From the NCBI GenBank assembly GCA_037147455.1, contig JBAWVC010000001.1, positions 1-40,720 of the forward strand: DNA of 40,720 bases, written 5' to 3'. Shown here piece after piece: positions 9,245 through 18,614 of this stretch. Below the pieces are notes generated by a model, which worked only from the letters and a program-made list of their open reading frames with translations, searched no databases and was not told the DNA's origin. The translations under genes and the position numbers were made by a program. The DNA comes from Verrucomicrobiota bacterium (GTDB lineage: Bacteria > Verrucomicrobiota > Verrucomicrobiia > Chthoniobacterales > Terrimicrobiaceae). Within the stretch, counting starts at the first letter, position 1, and the number at the start of each line of letters is the position of its first letter.

Positions 9245-11577
9245 CTATTTGGCGCTGACTGACCTCCATTCGCTTTGAGTGGTGCGGAAAACCGCGAACC
9301 GTCAAAAAATCCGCTCGCCTGAAATCCCGATTGGCGGAGATCAATCCGAACGGCCCCGGAGACATTCTGGCGGAAAACCCGGATCCCTCGACTCTCGATC
9401 AGCGAGATCCAACGGTCATCCAGGTGTTCGCTCTCGGGAAAGGAGGCCGCTGTTGAAACGATCAGCCTGGGTTGGACGGCATCGGCGAAGGCCGTATCCA
9501 TCGGAATGCCCGACCGGTGGGCCCCCTTGACGAGGATATCCGCAATCAGCTCGGTGGCCGCATTTTTCAGCAGCCAGTCGATTGTTGGAGGTCCAGCGTC
9601 GGACAGGAATAGAACCCTCACGTCTGCCGTGTCCAGCCTCACTACGAAAGACTTGTCGTCCGCCACATCGAGCAGAATTCCCGACGGAGGATACAAGATC
9701 TTCAAGGTCGCATCCTTGGAAATGCGGATAGAATCCCCCGCCCAGTGGAGTGACTTCGGGATCCGGAGTTCCTCCAGCCGCTTTTTGATCTGGTGCCGCT
9801 GCGAGGACCGATCATCGAGCACCGACTCGACGACGACTCCGGGAGGATCGGTCTCGATGAGCTCCGCCGCCCCGCCGATGTGGCGCGCATCGCCGTGCGT
9901 CAAAACCAAACCGTCCGGGGTCGATTTTCCGCGGCTGTGCAGCCAGGGCATGACCACCCCCTCAAACTGCCACTTCGGCCCGCAGTCGAGCAGCCAGACT
10001 TTTCCATCCGATTCAATTCCTGCGGCCCCGCCCGCCCCGAAATCGAAGACCGTGACGGTCACGGGTGCGGGAGCCGGGCTTCCCACATAGAGAAACGATG
10101 CGGGGAGGCAGGACATGAGGTGGACAATTCCGAGAAGAAGCTTGGAAAAAACCCAGTTCGCATTGTTGAAAATGGCGGCGAGCGTTTCCCAGAAGAGCCC
10201 TCCGACAAGCGCGAGCACAGCGGTCACCATGATGACAAATGCCAGGGGCACGATCAGCAGGTTCGCGGGCAGCGCCGAGAAGGAGACGAGGTGAAAATAC
10301 AGGAGCGTCAGGGGCAGTGACCCAACCCACGCCGCAAGCGACACCGAGGCCAGGACGCCGAGGTTTTCGACGGCCTCCCAGGCCCGCTTCTGCCAGTCCG
10401 ACCAAAGCTGGCGGGGAACGAATGGATCCGGGTGGCAATGCCTCCGGATCAAATCGTGAAGCGGAAGGGCCAGCAGCAGGATCGCCGCCACCACGAGAAA
10501 CGACAACTGGAACCCCGGGCTGAAAATCTCGTTCGTCCATTGCACGATGATCAGAAACGCAGCGGCGCACAGCGAGTTGATCGGGATTGGCTGGCGCGAG
10601 GACGTCATCCCGATCAGAAATATCGCCGACATCACGGCCGACCTCAAACTGGAGGGTTTCCAACCGGTAATCAGAGCGTAGAAAAACAGCGCCGGGATGA
10701 TCGCAACGACTGCCCGCCGCCTGCTGAGGCCGGCAATTTTGAGAGCCTGCCAGAGGATCAGCCCGATCATTCCGACGTGGAGCCCGCTGACGGAAAAAAG
10801 ATGAAAAGTGCCCGTGTTCCGGAACTCCTGCTGGAGCGTATCTGGAATGGAGGCCGTCACTCCGAGGACCATCCCGGCCAGAAAATCACAAACCACGGGG
10901 TCGTCCGAGATCCCGGTCCTCAACGTTTGTTCCATCCACTGCCGCGACCGGTTGGCCATGCTGATGAGCGAATACGCAGCGGCCTTCCGGTCGATCGAGA
11001 GATCCCCGTTTGTGGCAACTTCGATTTGGCAAGTGATGCCGCACTGGGCCATCCAGGCCTTCGCGTTGAATTCGCAGGGATTTCTCGGGGGGGCGATCAC
11101 CTCGATGCTCCCGGTGACGCTGACCCGATCGCCCTCCGCCGGGGCTGGCGCCGGGACGACGACCGCGACGCTGGCGGAGGGGCGTAAAATATCCCCCTTC
11201 ATTTCCAGCCTTTCCACGCGCATTGTGAATCGCTCGCGCGCAGCACCGTAGGGGGCAGGATCGGAGGTGACCACCCCCTTGGCGACGACGAGAAACCGTC
11301 CGTCTTTGACAAGATCCGCCAACCTCCCGGACGTGGATTCCCGGACCTGCCAGACATGCACGCACGCAAAGGCGCACGCCACCGAGAGCAGGATCCATGG
11401 CCCGCGCACCGGAAGGAATCCCGCAACGAGAAAACCCCCGGCCGCTGCGCAGAAAACCGCCCCCGGCCAACTCACAAGATCCGAAAACAAAATCCCAGAA
11501 ATGGCCGCGAGCAACAGCCCCAGGAATGGGAGCCTCTGCCGGAGGAAGGGAAAAATATCGCTCACGGTTGTCCGCAA
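9229..11577 (-). CDS. comEC: ComEC/Rec2 family DNA internalization protein
   Basis: 782 aa. Polytopic membrane core plus a C-terminal metallo-beta-lactamase-like segment (LVLTHGDARHIGGA). Confidence 0.85.
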   Translation of the reverse strand: MRTTVSDIFPFLRQRLPFLGLLLAAISGILFSDLVSWPGAVFCAAAGGFLVAGFLPVRGPWILLSVACAFACVHVWQVRESTSGRLADLVKDGRFLVVAKGVVTSDPAPYGAARERFTMRVERLEMKGDILRPSASVAVVVPAPAPAEGDRVSVTGSIEVIAPPRNPCEFNAKAWMAQCGITCQIEVATNGDLSIDRKAAAYSLISMANRSRQWMEQTLRTGISDDPVVCDFLAGMVLGVTASIPDTLQQEFRNTGTFHLFSVSGLHVGMIGLILWQALKIAGLSRRRAVVAIIPALFFYALITGWKPSSLRSAVMSAIFLIGMTSSRQPIPINSLCAAAFLIIVQWTNEIFSPGFQLSFLVVAAILLLALPLHDLIRRHCHPDPFVPRQLWSDWQKRAWEAVENLGVLASVSLAAWVGSLPLTLLYFHLVSFSALPANLLIVPLAFVIMVTAVLALVGGLFWETLAAIFNNANWVFSKLLLGIVHLMSCLPASFLYVGSPAPAPVTVTVFDFGAGGAAGIESDGKVWLLDCGPKWQFEGVVMPWLHSRGKSTPDGLVLTHGDARHIGGAAELIETDPPGVVVESVLDDRSSQRHQIKKRLEELRIPKSLHWAGDSIRISKDATLKILYPPSGILLDVADDKSFVVRLDTADVRVLFLSDAGPPTIDWLLKNAATELIADILVKGAHRSGIPMDTAFADAVQPRLIVSTAASFPESEHLDDRWISLIESRGIRVFRQNVSGAVRIDLRQSGFQASGFFDGSRFSAPLKANGGQSAPNRGSGL

Positions 11578-12134
11578 AACTTGAACAGGAAAAGCTCGGT
11601 CGCCTGCCCGGATTCATAATAGAATTTCAGCGCGCCGTCGCGCCCGCGGATATCCTCAGGAACAGCGCAGCTTGCCCTTCTCGAGTGGATCTGGTGGACC
11701 CCCTGCTGGATGCGCTGGTAGGGAGCCCCCCAGGCTTCAAGCAAGCAGGCCCTCGCGCAGCGATCCTTCAGAAGATCCTCAAGCGAGCCGCGTTCGTAGT
11801 GTTCGAAATACACGTTCGCGCGGGCTTCGATATCCGCGTAATCGTTCGACGGACAAATTTCCACGCCCTGCAATGGCAGTTTTGCGCATGTCCCGCGGTT
11901 CAGCCCGACGCGGATTCTCGGATCAAACCCCGCGAGACGGTTTTTCTTCGACGAGGTATTGATCGAAACGATCAGGTCAGCGCCTGCGTGGATCCGGATC
12001 CAAACATGGTCGATCTCGTCGGGGTTTTCACATTCCTCGACATCAACACCGAGGATGCGCCCGACGACCCTGACGAGCGGAACCTTCGGAAGAAGAAACC
12101 GTTCAGGCTTCCGGCGATGCACGCCCGTGGGCAT
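11562..12134 (-). CDS. DUF2278 (YukJ-like) family protein, function unknown
   Basis: 190 aa. HVWIRIHAGADLIVSINTSS, GVHQIHSRR and the C-terminal LFLFKFCGQ resemble YukJ segments (PHFQV..RIAINVKS, GIHDIHMNQGN, VFLAFQSQ) as I remember them. Overlaps the comEC start by 16 nt. Confidence 0.5.
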   Translation of the reverse strand: MPTGVHRRKPERFLLPKVPLVRVVGRILGVDVEECENPDEIDHVWIRIHAGADLIVSINTSSKKNRLAGFDPRIRVGLNRGTCAKLPLQGVEICPSNDYADIEARANVYFEHYERGSLEDLLKDRCARACLLEAWGAPYQRIQQGVHQIHSRRASCAVPEDIRGRDGALKFYYESGQATELFLFKFCGQP

Positions 12135-12137
12135 CGC

Positions 12138-12653
12138 TCAGTTGTCGAAGGAAAACGGGCTGTAAAGCGACTCCTCGTAGCCGGAGTCATACCAGTCGTC
12201 GATTGCCGGCGCGTTGTAAGCGAACGGCTGCCTGACCTGATAGGAGGGGCTGTTGTAGTATTCGGCCTTCTGAATTCCGGACACTCTGGCTTTCTGTCGG
12301 GGAGAGTTGTTCCCATAAAACCCCTGCGTCTCGGTGAGGTAGTTCAGGACCTGCGGGGTGGCACCGGAGGCTTTCAGCCCGGCCAATTGGGCATAGTTAA
12401 AATCGTAAACTTTCCGGGTGCTGTTGAGATAGGCGACGATCGTGCCAGAAGGCACGCCCTTACTCACAAGGTTGCGGATGTCGTCGTAGTCCAGGGCGCG
12501 GGCATTGGACATTTTGAGAACGGTGCCGGAGTTGACTCCGCGCGAGCTTGCCGCAGCGGTGACCGCCGGGTCGCCCTGGGGTCCGGAAGCGCAGCCGACA
12601 AAACAGGATGCGACGGCTGCAAGGAAGATGAGGCGGGCGGGAAAGTGGCTCAT
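12138..12653 (-). CDS. hypothetical lipoprotein
   Basis: Start at ATG 12653 gives MSHFPARLIFLAAVASCFVGCAS, a signal peptide with a lipobox-like FVGC. No family recognised. Confidence 0.5.
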   Translation of the reverse strand: MSHFPARLIFLAAVASCFVGCASGPQGDPAVTAAASSRGVNSGTVLKMSNARALDYDDIRNLVSKGVPSGTIVAYLNSTRKVYDFNYAQLAGLKASGATPQVLNYLTETQGFYGNNSPRQKARVSGIQKAEYYNSPSYQVRQPFAYNAPAIDDWYDSGYEESLYSPFSFDN

Positions 12654-12739
12654 AGATAATGTGGCTTCTGAAAATTCCGGACCCATGTCCGACTATCGAG
12701 TCATACTCCCGACCGGCGGGCTTTGCAAAACCAATTATC

Positions 12740-13108
12740 TCACACCCCATCCACTCGGAAGCCATCTGCTTGAAGGATTTTCCGGACCGCGGCGCGGTTG
12801 TCGCCTTGGAATTCCATTTCGCGGTCCCGCACGGTTCCGCCGCAGCCGAGTTGCCTGCGTGCCTCCCTGGCAAGGCGTTCGATTTCTTCCCCGGAGATTC
12901 CCGCGTGAAAGCCCGTGACGACGATGACGGGTTTGCCGCCGCGGCCGGCTGTCTCTTTCCGGAGCACCACCCTGCCGGCCGGGGGGCGCGGTGTCGGTTT
13001 CTCCTCCTGCGGAATCCCCTCGGGAAGGCCGGGGATGGACAAACCCGCGAAGGGAGACAGGAGAGCTTCGCGCGGGCCCGAAACCGGAATGCGTCCTTTG
13101 GTGCTCAT
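12740..13108 (-). CDS. yciH: translation initiation factor SUI1/YciH family protein
   Basis: 122 aa. SUI1-domain segment GRGGKPVIVVTGF...LAREARRQLGCGGTV. Confidence 0.85.
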   Translation of the reverse strand: MSTKGRIPVSGPREALLSPFAGLSIPGLPEGIPQEEKPTPRPPAGRVVLRKETAGRGGKPVIVVTGFHAGISGEEIERLAREARRQLGCGGTVRDREMEFQGDNRAAVRKILQADGFRVDGV

Positions 13109-14007
13109 CGCGTCAGCATCGCGGCACCGAAGACTCCCGCGCTGTCGCCGAGCTGCGGGCGCAGGATCCGCGTGGCGAGCGTGGGATTGAAAAGAAAGCG
13201 TTCGATGGCGAGCCTCGTCTCCTCCGAATAGAGCAGGTCGATATTTCCCACGCCGCCGCCGATCACGATCGCATCAGGATCAAGGATATTGATGACCGCC
13301 GCGATCGCCTCGCCAAATTTGTCACGGAGCCGTTCCAAGGTGGTGACGGCAGGTTTTTCCCCGAGGGCGGCCGCCCGGACAATTTCCGGAAGACGGATCG
13401 CCGCGCCGCCGGATTCCCGGTGAAATCTCTCCAGCGAGGGGCCGGCGATGACGGTTTCGATGCAGCCTTTTCTGCCGCAATAACACGGGTGGCTTTCGCC
13501 CATGAGCGGATTGTGTCCCCATTCTCCGGCAATCCCGTGAAGACCCTGAAGGACCTGACTGTTCACCACGATTCCTCCTCCCACGCCGGTCCCGAGAATC
13601 AAACCCATCACAACGGGCTCACCTATCGCAGCGCCAAGCGTTGCCTCTGCGAGCGCAAAACAATTCGCGTCGTTTGCCATCCGGATTTCCCGTGAGAGCA
13701 GACGGGTGAGATCCTGCCTGAGCGGCTGGTGGTTGAGGCAGGTGGTGTTCGAGTTTTTCAGATCTCCCGAGGAAGGTTCGACCGCACCAGGCGTTCCGAT
13801 TCCGATCACGGCGGGACACGGGATTCCGGATAATTTTTCCAGTTCGCGCACGACTGCGACGATCTGTGAAAGAATAAACTCGTATCCGCGTGACGCCTGG
13901 GTTTCGACCCTCAGGCGCTGGACCGCCGACCCGGGACGTTCGGCATCGAGGATGGCCCCTTCGATTTTGGTGCCGCCGAGGTCGATGCCCCAGAGCAGCC
14001 CGCTCAC
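13105..14007 (-). CDS. ROK family sugar kinase
   Basis: 300 aa with GIDLGGTKIEGA and the ROK zinc motif CYCGRKGCIETV. 4-nt overlaps with both dnaN and yciH. Confidence 0.85.
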   Translation of the reverse strand: MSGLLWGIDLGGTKIEGAILDAERPGSAVQRLRVETQASRGYEFILSQIVAVVRELEKLSGIPCPAVIGIGTPGAVEPSSGDLKNSNTTCLNHQPLRQDLTRLLSREIRMANDANCFALAEATLGAAIGEPVVMGLILGTGVGGGIVVNSQVLQGLHGIAGEWGHNPLMGESHPCYCGRKGCIETVIAGPSLERFHRESGGAAIRLPEIVRAAALGEKPAVTTLERLRDKFGEAIAAVINILDPDAIVIGGGVGNIDLLYSEETRLAIERFLFNPTLATRILRPQLGDSAGVFGAAMLTR

Positions 14008-15101
14008 ACAGAGACCCGCATCGGCATGATCACGTAGAGGAACGGAGACTGGATTTTCAGAACTCCGGGGCTCATCTCGTCGATCAGTTCGAGAAAGACT
14101 TCGTCGTTGGGAAGGCTGCGAAGCGGGTCCATGAGAAACTCGGGGTTGAACGCGATCGAGATGTCCTTGCCGCGGTAGTTGATCGCGAGCGATTCTTTCG
14201 CCTCACCGACCTCGGGGGTGTTCGCGGTGATGTCGAGGTTGTTCTTGGTGAAGTTCAACCGCACGGAGCTGGTCTTGTCGCTGCTGAGCAGGGAGACGCG
14301 GCGGACGCAATTGAGGAACGCCTCGCGTTCGAGGGCGATCCGTTCTTTGGCTTCGGCGGGAATCACCTGCCGGTAGTTCGGGTAGTTTCCTTCCACTAGC
14401 TTCGAGGCGAGAAATGCGCCGTTCAGCTCGAACGAAGCGAGGTTGTCGGACGTCGAGATTGTCACGTCGCCATCCTCGCCGAGCAGTCGCTGCAATTCGG
14501 TGACCGCTTTGGTCGGGAGGATGAAGTCGCGCTCGTGGCTCTTCGGGAATTCGATGTCGCTGTCGAACAGGGCCAGTCGGCGCCCGTCGGTTGCCACGAG
14601 AGTGAGCTTGTTGTCGGACAGCGAAAACAGGATCCCGTTGAGCACGTAGCGCGTCTCGTCGGAAGAAATGGCATACGAGGTTTTGCGGAGGCCGTCCTTC
14701 AGCTCGCTCTGCTTGAGGGTGAAAGATTTCGGCTCACCGACGGTCGGGAACGTGGGGAATTCCTCCTGGGGAAGCCCGTAGATTTTGAAGAAGCTGGCCC
14801 CGCAGCGGATCGTCGCGGCATTTTTGGCATCGATCTCGAGGACGACCTCCGAGCTGGGAAGCTCGCGCACGATGGCGGCGAGGCGCCGGGCCGGGAGCGT
14901 GGTGGCGCCGGGCTTTTCGACCTTGGCCTCGATCGAGCAGCGGATCCCGACCTCGAGATCCGTGGTCGTGAGCCGGAGCCCCGCCTCGGTGGCTTCGAGG
15001 AGCGCGTTGGAGAGAACGGGGAGAGTCGCTCGATTGCTGACAACGTTTTGGATTCGCTGCAAACCTTCGAGAAGGGCTTCTTTGGTGACCGCTAGCTTCA
15101 T
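14004..15101 (-). CDS. dnaN: DNA polymerase III beta sliding clamp
   Basis: Typical N-terminus MKLAVTKEALLEGLQRIQNVVSNRATLPVLSNALLEA and C-terminus YVIMPMR. Start taken at ATG 15101, inside the longer ORF-track frame. Confidence 0.9.
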   Translation of the reverse strand: MKLAVTKEALLEGLQRIQNVVSNRATLPVLSNALLEATEAGLRLTTTDLEVGIRCSIEAKVEKPGATTLPARRLAAIVRELPSSEVVLEIDAKNAATIRCGASFFKIYGLPQEEFPTFPTVGEPKSFTLKQSELKDGLRKTSYAISSDETRYVLNGILFSLSDNKLTLVATDGRRLALFDSDIEFPKSHERDFILPTKAVTELQRLLGEDGDVTISTSDNLASFELNGAFLASKLVEGNYPNYRQVIPAEAKERIALEREAFLNCVRRVSLLSSDKTSSVRLNFTKNNLDITANTPEVGEAKESLAINYRGKDISIAFNPEFLMDPLRSLPNDEVFLELIDEMSPGVLKIQSPFLYVIMPMRVSV

Positions 15102-15223
15102 GGTAAAAACAACGTGTCTATTGGCACTCCCGGCAGATGTCAACCGCATGTTGCATCTCTGTTGAGAATAATTGTTTCGTGGATTCCCTTCCCCGAAGGT
15201 GCCCCTGCGCCCCGGGGTGACCG

Positions 15224-15943
15224 TCAATAGTCCGCAGGGTCATTGAGGTAGGCCTCGAACATCTGCTCCACCTCCTCCGAGCGATCCCTCGCGACCATGC
15301 GCTTGGCCGCCGTCGCAAAACAGTTCAGGAGGACGACCGCATTCAGCGAGACGTCCTTCTCCACGTAGCTTGTCAGGCGTTTGACGAACGACCGGTTCAC
15401 CAGGTTCACGGCCTCGAAAAAATCCCAGAACTTCTCGAGGTTCCAGTCCGCGCTGAACCCGTTTTTATACCGGAAGTATTGGGCCATGAGATACATCGAG
15501 ATCGAACGGTAAACGCTTTCCTCCGTGGTCTGGAACGGCAGGTGGGTGAGGACCATCGGCTTGAGCCGGTCCATGATCGGGCAGCCGCCGGTCGCCATGA
15601 AAATCCCGATCAGCGAGCCGACCGCATGCGTGATGTTCACCCGCGCGGAATACGTCCGCGCCTCCGTGGTGACCACGACGTCCGCCTCCTCGTGGGAAAT
15701 CACATCGGTGAAGAACTCGATCACTCCGACCATGTTGGCGGCGATCGGGCAATGGGAGTGCTTCACGCTGGAGATCGGGCAATTCGGGCATTGGTGGTGG
15801 GTCAGCCTGGTCCACTGCGGCAGCGGCAGCACGGGGGTGTTCAGCAAACGCAGGCCCGGCTTTTCGAGCTCCACAAGAAACTCCTTCGAATCCCCATCGG
15901 AAAAATCAAACCGGTATCTGATCCAAAAGATATTCTCGTCCAC
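15224..15943 (-). CDS. conserved hypothetical protein with a Cys/His cluster (HHQCPNCP...HSHCP)
   Basis: Globular-looking sequence from VDENIFWIRYRFDFSDGD onward. The 50 aa upstream, back to ATG 16093, are Arg-rich low complexity, so GTG 15943 is preferred. Family not recognised with confidence. Confidence 0.5.
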   Translation of the reverse strand: MDENIFWIRYRFDFSDGDSKEFLVELEKPGLRLLNTPVLPLPQWTRLTHHQCPNCPISSVKHSHCPIAANMVGVIEFFTDVISHEEADVVVTTEARTYSARVNITHAVGSLIGIFMATGGCPIMDRLKPMVLTHLPFQTTEESVYRSISMYLMAQYFRYKNGFSADWNLEKFWDFFEAVNLVNRSFVKRLTSYVEKDVSLNAVVLLNCFATAAKRMVARDRSEEVEQMFEAYLNDPADY

Positions 15944-16091
15944 GGAAAAAATATGGAGAAGACGGAGCCGGTTCGTAAAGCAGAACCGGCTGCTCCGCGC
16001 GAAATATATGCTCCGACTTTTCCGGGTGCGGGTTCCGCCGCGACGGAAAACGCGACTTGATCGGAGGCGAAGAATCGGGATGATCCGGGGC

Positions 16092-17633
16092 ATGAAAGCG
16101 AAGTGGTTTGTGAAAGGGGATTGGGATGGTTTTGTCGGGCTGTTCATCGACAACCTGCTCCAGCTGCTGTTGATCGCGACGCTGTGCCCGCTGGTGTGCG
16201 GAATTCCGATCGCGATGGTGGCCGGGGTGATCCTGCCTGGCGCGGCGGTCTCGATCATCGCGGGGAACCTTTTTTATTCCTGGCAGGCCTGGCGGCTGGC
16301 GTGCCGGACCGGACGTGACGATGTGACCGCGCTCCCCTACGGGATCAACACCGTGAGCCTGATCGCGTTTTTGTTTTTCATCATGGCGCCGGTCTGGCAG
16401 GCGACGCATGACCCTGTGAAAGTTTGGGAGGCCGGGGTCTTTGCGTGTCTGCTCAGCGGGCTGATCGAGCTGGCGGGGGCGTTCTGCGCGGACCCCCTGC
16501 GCCGGAGCGCGCCGCGCGCGGCTTTGCTCTCGGCCCTGGCGGGAATTGCGCTGACCTTCATTTCGATGGGCTTCGCCTTTCAGATCTTCGCCTCGCCCGC
16601 GATCGCCATCCTGCCGATGTTTTTGATTGTCATCGCCTATTCGTCGCGGCTGCGGCTGCCGTTCGGCGTGCCTGCCGGGCTGGCGGCCATCCTGGCAGGC
16701 GTTGCGATCGCGTGGGGGTTGAGATGGGTGGGGGTCCCCTCGTTTTCGCCGCCGCAGGGTCCGGTTCCATTCGGCCTGCACCTTCCGAGTCCGGACATCA
16801 CGGCGTGGCACGCGCTGATCTCTGGCGGCGGGCTCTGGAGCTACCTCACGGTCATCATTCCGATGGCCCTTTTCAATCTCCTCGGATCGCTGCAGACACT
16901 GGAAAGCGCGGAGGCTGCCGGCGACCGCTATGAGACGATGCCCTCTCTCGCGATGAACGGGGCCGGCACGATCGCCGCCGCATTTTTCGGAAGCGCGTTT
17001 CCGACGACCCTGTATATCGGGCACCCCGGCTGGAAGGCGATGGGGGCGCGCATCGGCTATTCCGCGCTGAACGGCGTCGTGATCAGCCTGCTGTGCTGCT
17101 TCGGGGCCGTGACAGCCGTCCTGCATGCCGTGCCCTTGGAGGCGACGCTGGGCATTCTCATCTGGATCGGCCTCGTCATGACGGCGCAGGCATTCCAGGA
17201 GACGCCCCGTGCGCATGCGCTCGCGGTCGCGGCGGGCCTCATCCCCTCGCTGGCGGCCTGGGCGTTGCTCCTGATCGAGACCTCCCTGCGCGCGGCGGGA
17301 TGCCCGCTGGAGAAAGCCCTGCCAAACTTCGGCAACGACCTGTTCATCCGCGGCGTTCTCGCCCTGAACCAGGGATTTCTGATCACGAGCATGGCCTTCG
17401 CCTCGATCGTGGCGTTTGCCATCGACAGGAAATTCATCGCTTCCGCTGTGACGTGTTTCCTCTGTGCCGTGCTATCGGCTGTCGGCCTGATCCACGCTTT
17501 CGCGATCACTCCGGCGGGGGTCGTTCCGGTCTTCGGCTGGCTCGTTGCCCCGGACTTCGCGGCCGCCTACGCCGCGACCGGGATCTGCCTGATATTCCTG
17601 CACTGGACCAAAACCGCAAAGCCCGTGCCGTGA
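16092..17633 (+). CDS. AzgA/AGZA-type purine (xanthine/uracil family, NCS2) permease
   Basis: Start MKAKWFVKGDWDGFVGLFIDNLLQ is typical of AGZA permeases, and about 12 hydrophobic segments follow. The part of the ORF-track frame upstream of 16092 is non-coding read-through. Confidence 0.8.
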   Translation: MKAKWFVKGDWDGFVGLFIDNLLQLLLIATLCPLVCGIPIAMVAGVILPGAAVSIIAGNLFYSWQAWRLACRTGRDDVTALPYGINTVSLIAFLFFIMAPVWQATHDPVKVWEAGVFACLLSGLIELAGAFCADPLRRSAPRAALLSALAGIALTFISMGFAFQIFASPAIAILPMFLIVIAYSSRLRLPFGVPAGLAAILAGVAIAWGLRWVGVPSFSPPQGPVPFGLHLPSPDITAWHALISGGGLWSYLTVIIPMALFNLLGSLQTLESAEAAGDRYETMPSLAMNGAGTIAAAFFGSAFPTTLYIGHPGWKAMGARIGYSALNGVVISLLCCFGAVTAVLHAVPLEATLGILIWIGLVMTAQAFQETPRAHALAVAAGLIPSLAAWALLLIETSLRAAGCPLEKALPNFGNDLFIRGVLALNQGFLITSMAFASIVAFAIDRKFIASAVTCFLCAVLSAVGLIHAFAITPAGVVPVFGWLVAPDFAAAYAATGICLIFLHWTKTAKPVP

Positions 17634-17711
17634 CGGGCGGAACCTGTTTGTCGCGTTGGGAGATCGCTTGCGCTTGGATGGCGGGGGCGTGTGTGATCCC
17701 AGGAAATGTGT

Positions 17712-17763
17712 CACAGCCTTTCCAGGCTGTGTTTGAACCGGCACACAGGCTGGAAAGCCTGTG
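17712..17763. repeat. REP-like double hairpin (CACAGCCTTTCCAGGCTGTG - TTTGAACCGG - CACAGGCTGGAAAGCCTGTG)
   Basis: Two 20-nt palindromic hairpins at 17712-17731 and 17744-17763. The second one, together with the TTTGAACCGG spacer, recurs at 39121-39176. Confidence 0.8.
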
Positions 17764-17837
17764 TCACATTGCGCCCGCGACTGTTCCGCCGTTTCATTTG
17801 CTTTGACTCCTTGGGCGCGATTCAACAGATTCGAGGA

Positions 17838-18614
17838 GTGAAACCATCTCAAATCGCAGCACAGCTTTACACCGTCCGGGACTTCTGCACCTCAGCCACA
17901 GCCCTCTCCGAAACCGCAAAAAAACTTCGCGCCATCGGCTATGAGGCCGCGCAGGTCAGCGGGGTCTCCGGGGATATTCCGCCGCAGGAGATCCGCAGGA
18001 TTCTATCGGGCGAGGGGATCAAAATCTGCGCCACGCACGAGAGCGGAGATCTGATCCGGAGCAACCCACTGGCCGTGGTCGAGCGGTTGAAGGCGATGGA
18101 GGTTGTCCATACCGCCTATCCCTATCCGTCGGGAGTGGACTTCGCGGATGGCGCTGCGGTGAAAGCGATGGTTTCCGACCTCGATGCCGCTGGGGCCGTG
18201 CTCCGCGAGAACGGCTGCGTGCTGAGCTACCACAACCATGCGATCGAGTTCATCCGCATCGGTGACGAGGTTCTCATGGACTACATCGCCCGGGCCGCAT
18301 CGCCGGAGAATCTGAAATTCGAACTCGACACCTACTGGGTCCAATTCGGCGGGGGCGACCCCGTCGCGTGGTGCAAAAAAGCCTCCGGCAGGATGCCGGT
18401 TCTCCATTGCAAGGACTTCGGATACGGAACCGACAACAAGGCGTTCTTTGCCGAGATCGGATACGGGAACCTCGACTTCCCGGCCATCGTGGCAGCGGCC
18501 GATGCCGCCGGATGCGAGTGGTTCGTGGTCGAGCAGGACACCTGCCCGGGCGACCCGTTTGTCTCGCTCGAGAAGAGCTACCGCACGATGCGGGATTGCC
18601 TCTGCGGCGGCTAA
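17838..18614 (+). CDS. sugar phosphate isomerase/epimerase (xylose isomerase-like TIM barrel)
   Basis: VKPSQIAAQLYTVRDF... matches the usual N-terminus of this family. GTG at 17838 preferred, because the upstream ORF-track portion runs through the REP hairpins. Confidence 0.7.
   Translation: MKPSQIAAQLYTVRDFCTSATALSETAKKLRAIGYEAAQVSGVSGDIPPQEIRRILSGEGIKICATHESGDLIRSNPLAVVERLKAMEVVHTAYPYPSGVDFADGAAVKAMVSDLDAAGAVLRENGCVLSYHNHAIEFIRIGDEVLMDYIARAASPENLKFELDTYWVQFGGGDPVAWCKKASGRMPVLHCKDFGYGTDNKAFFAEIGYGNLDFPAIVAAADAAGCEWFVVEQDTCPGDPFVSLEKSYRTMRDCLCGG

Noticed and set aside
15102-15223. Possible oriC or DnaA boxes upstream of dnaN.
   Set aside because: There is only one weak match (CGTGGATTC versus TGTGGATAA), no box cluster and no adjacent dnaA. 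The evidence is insufficient.
15944-16091. Purine riboswitch upstream of the AzgA-type permease.
   Set aside because: No resemblance to the conserved purine-riboswitch core (the TATAATCGCGTGGATATGGCACGCAAGTTTCTACCGGGCACCGTAAATGTCCGACTATG pattern). Only a simple 9-bp hairpin is present.
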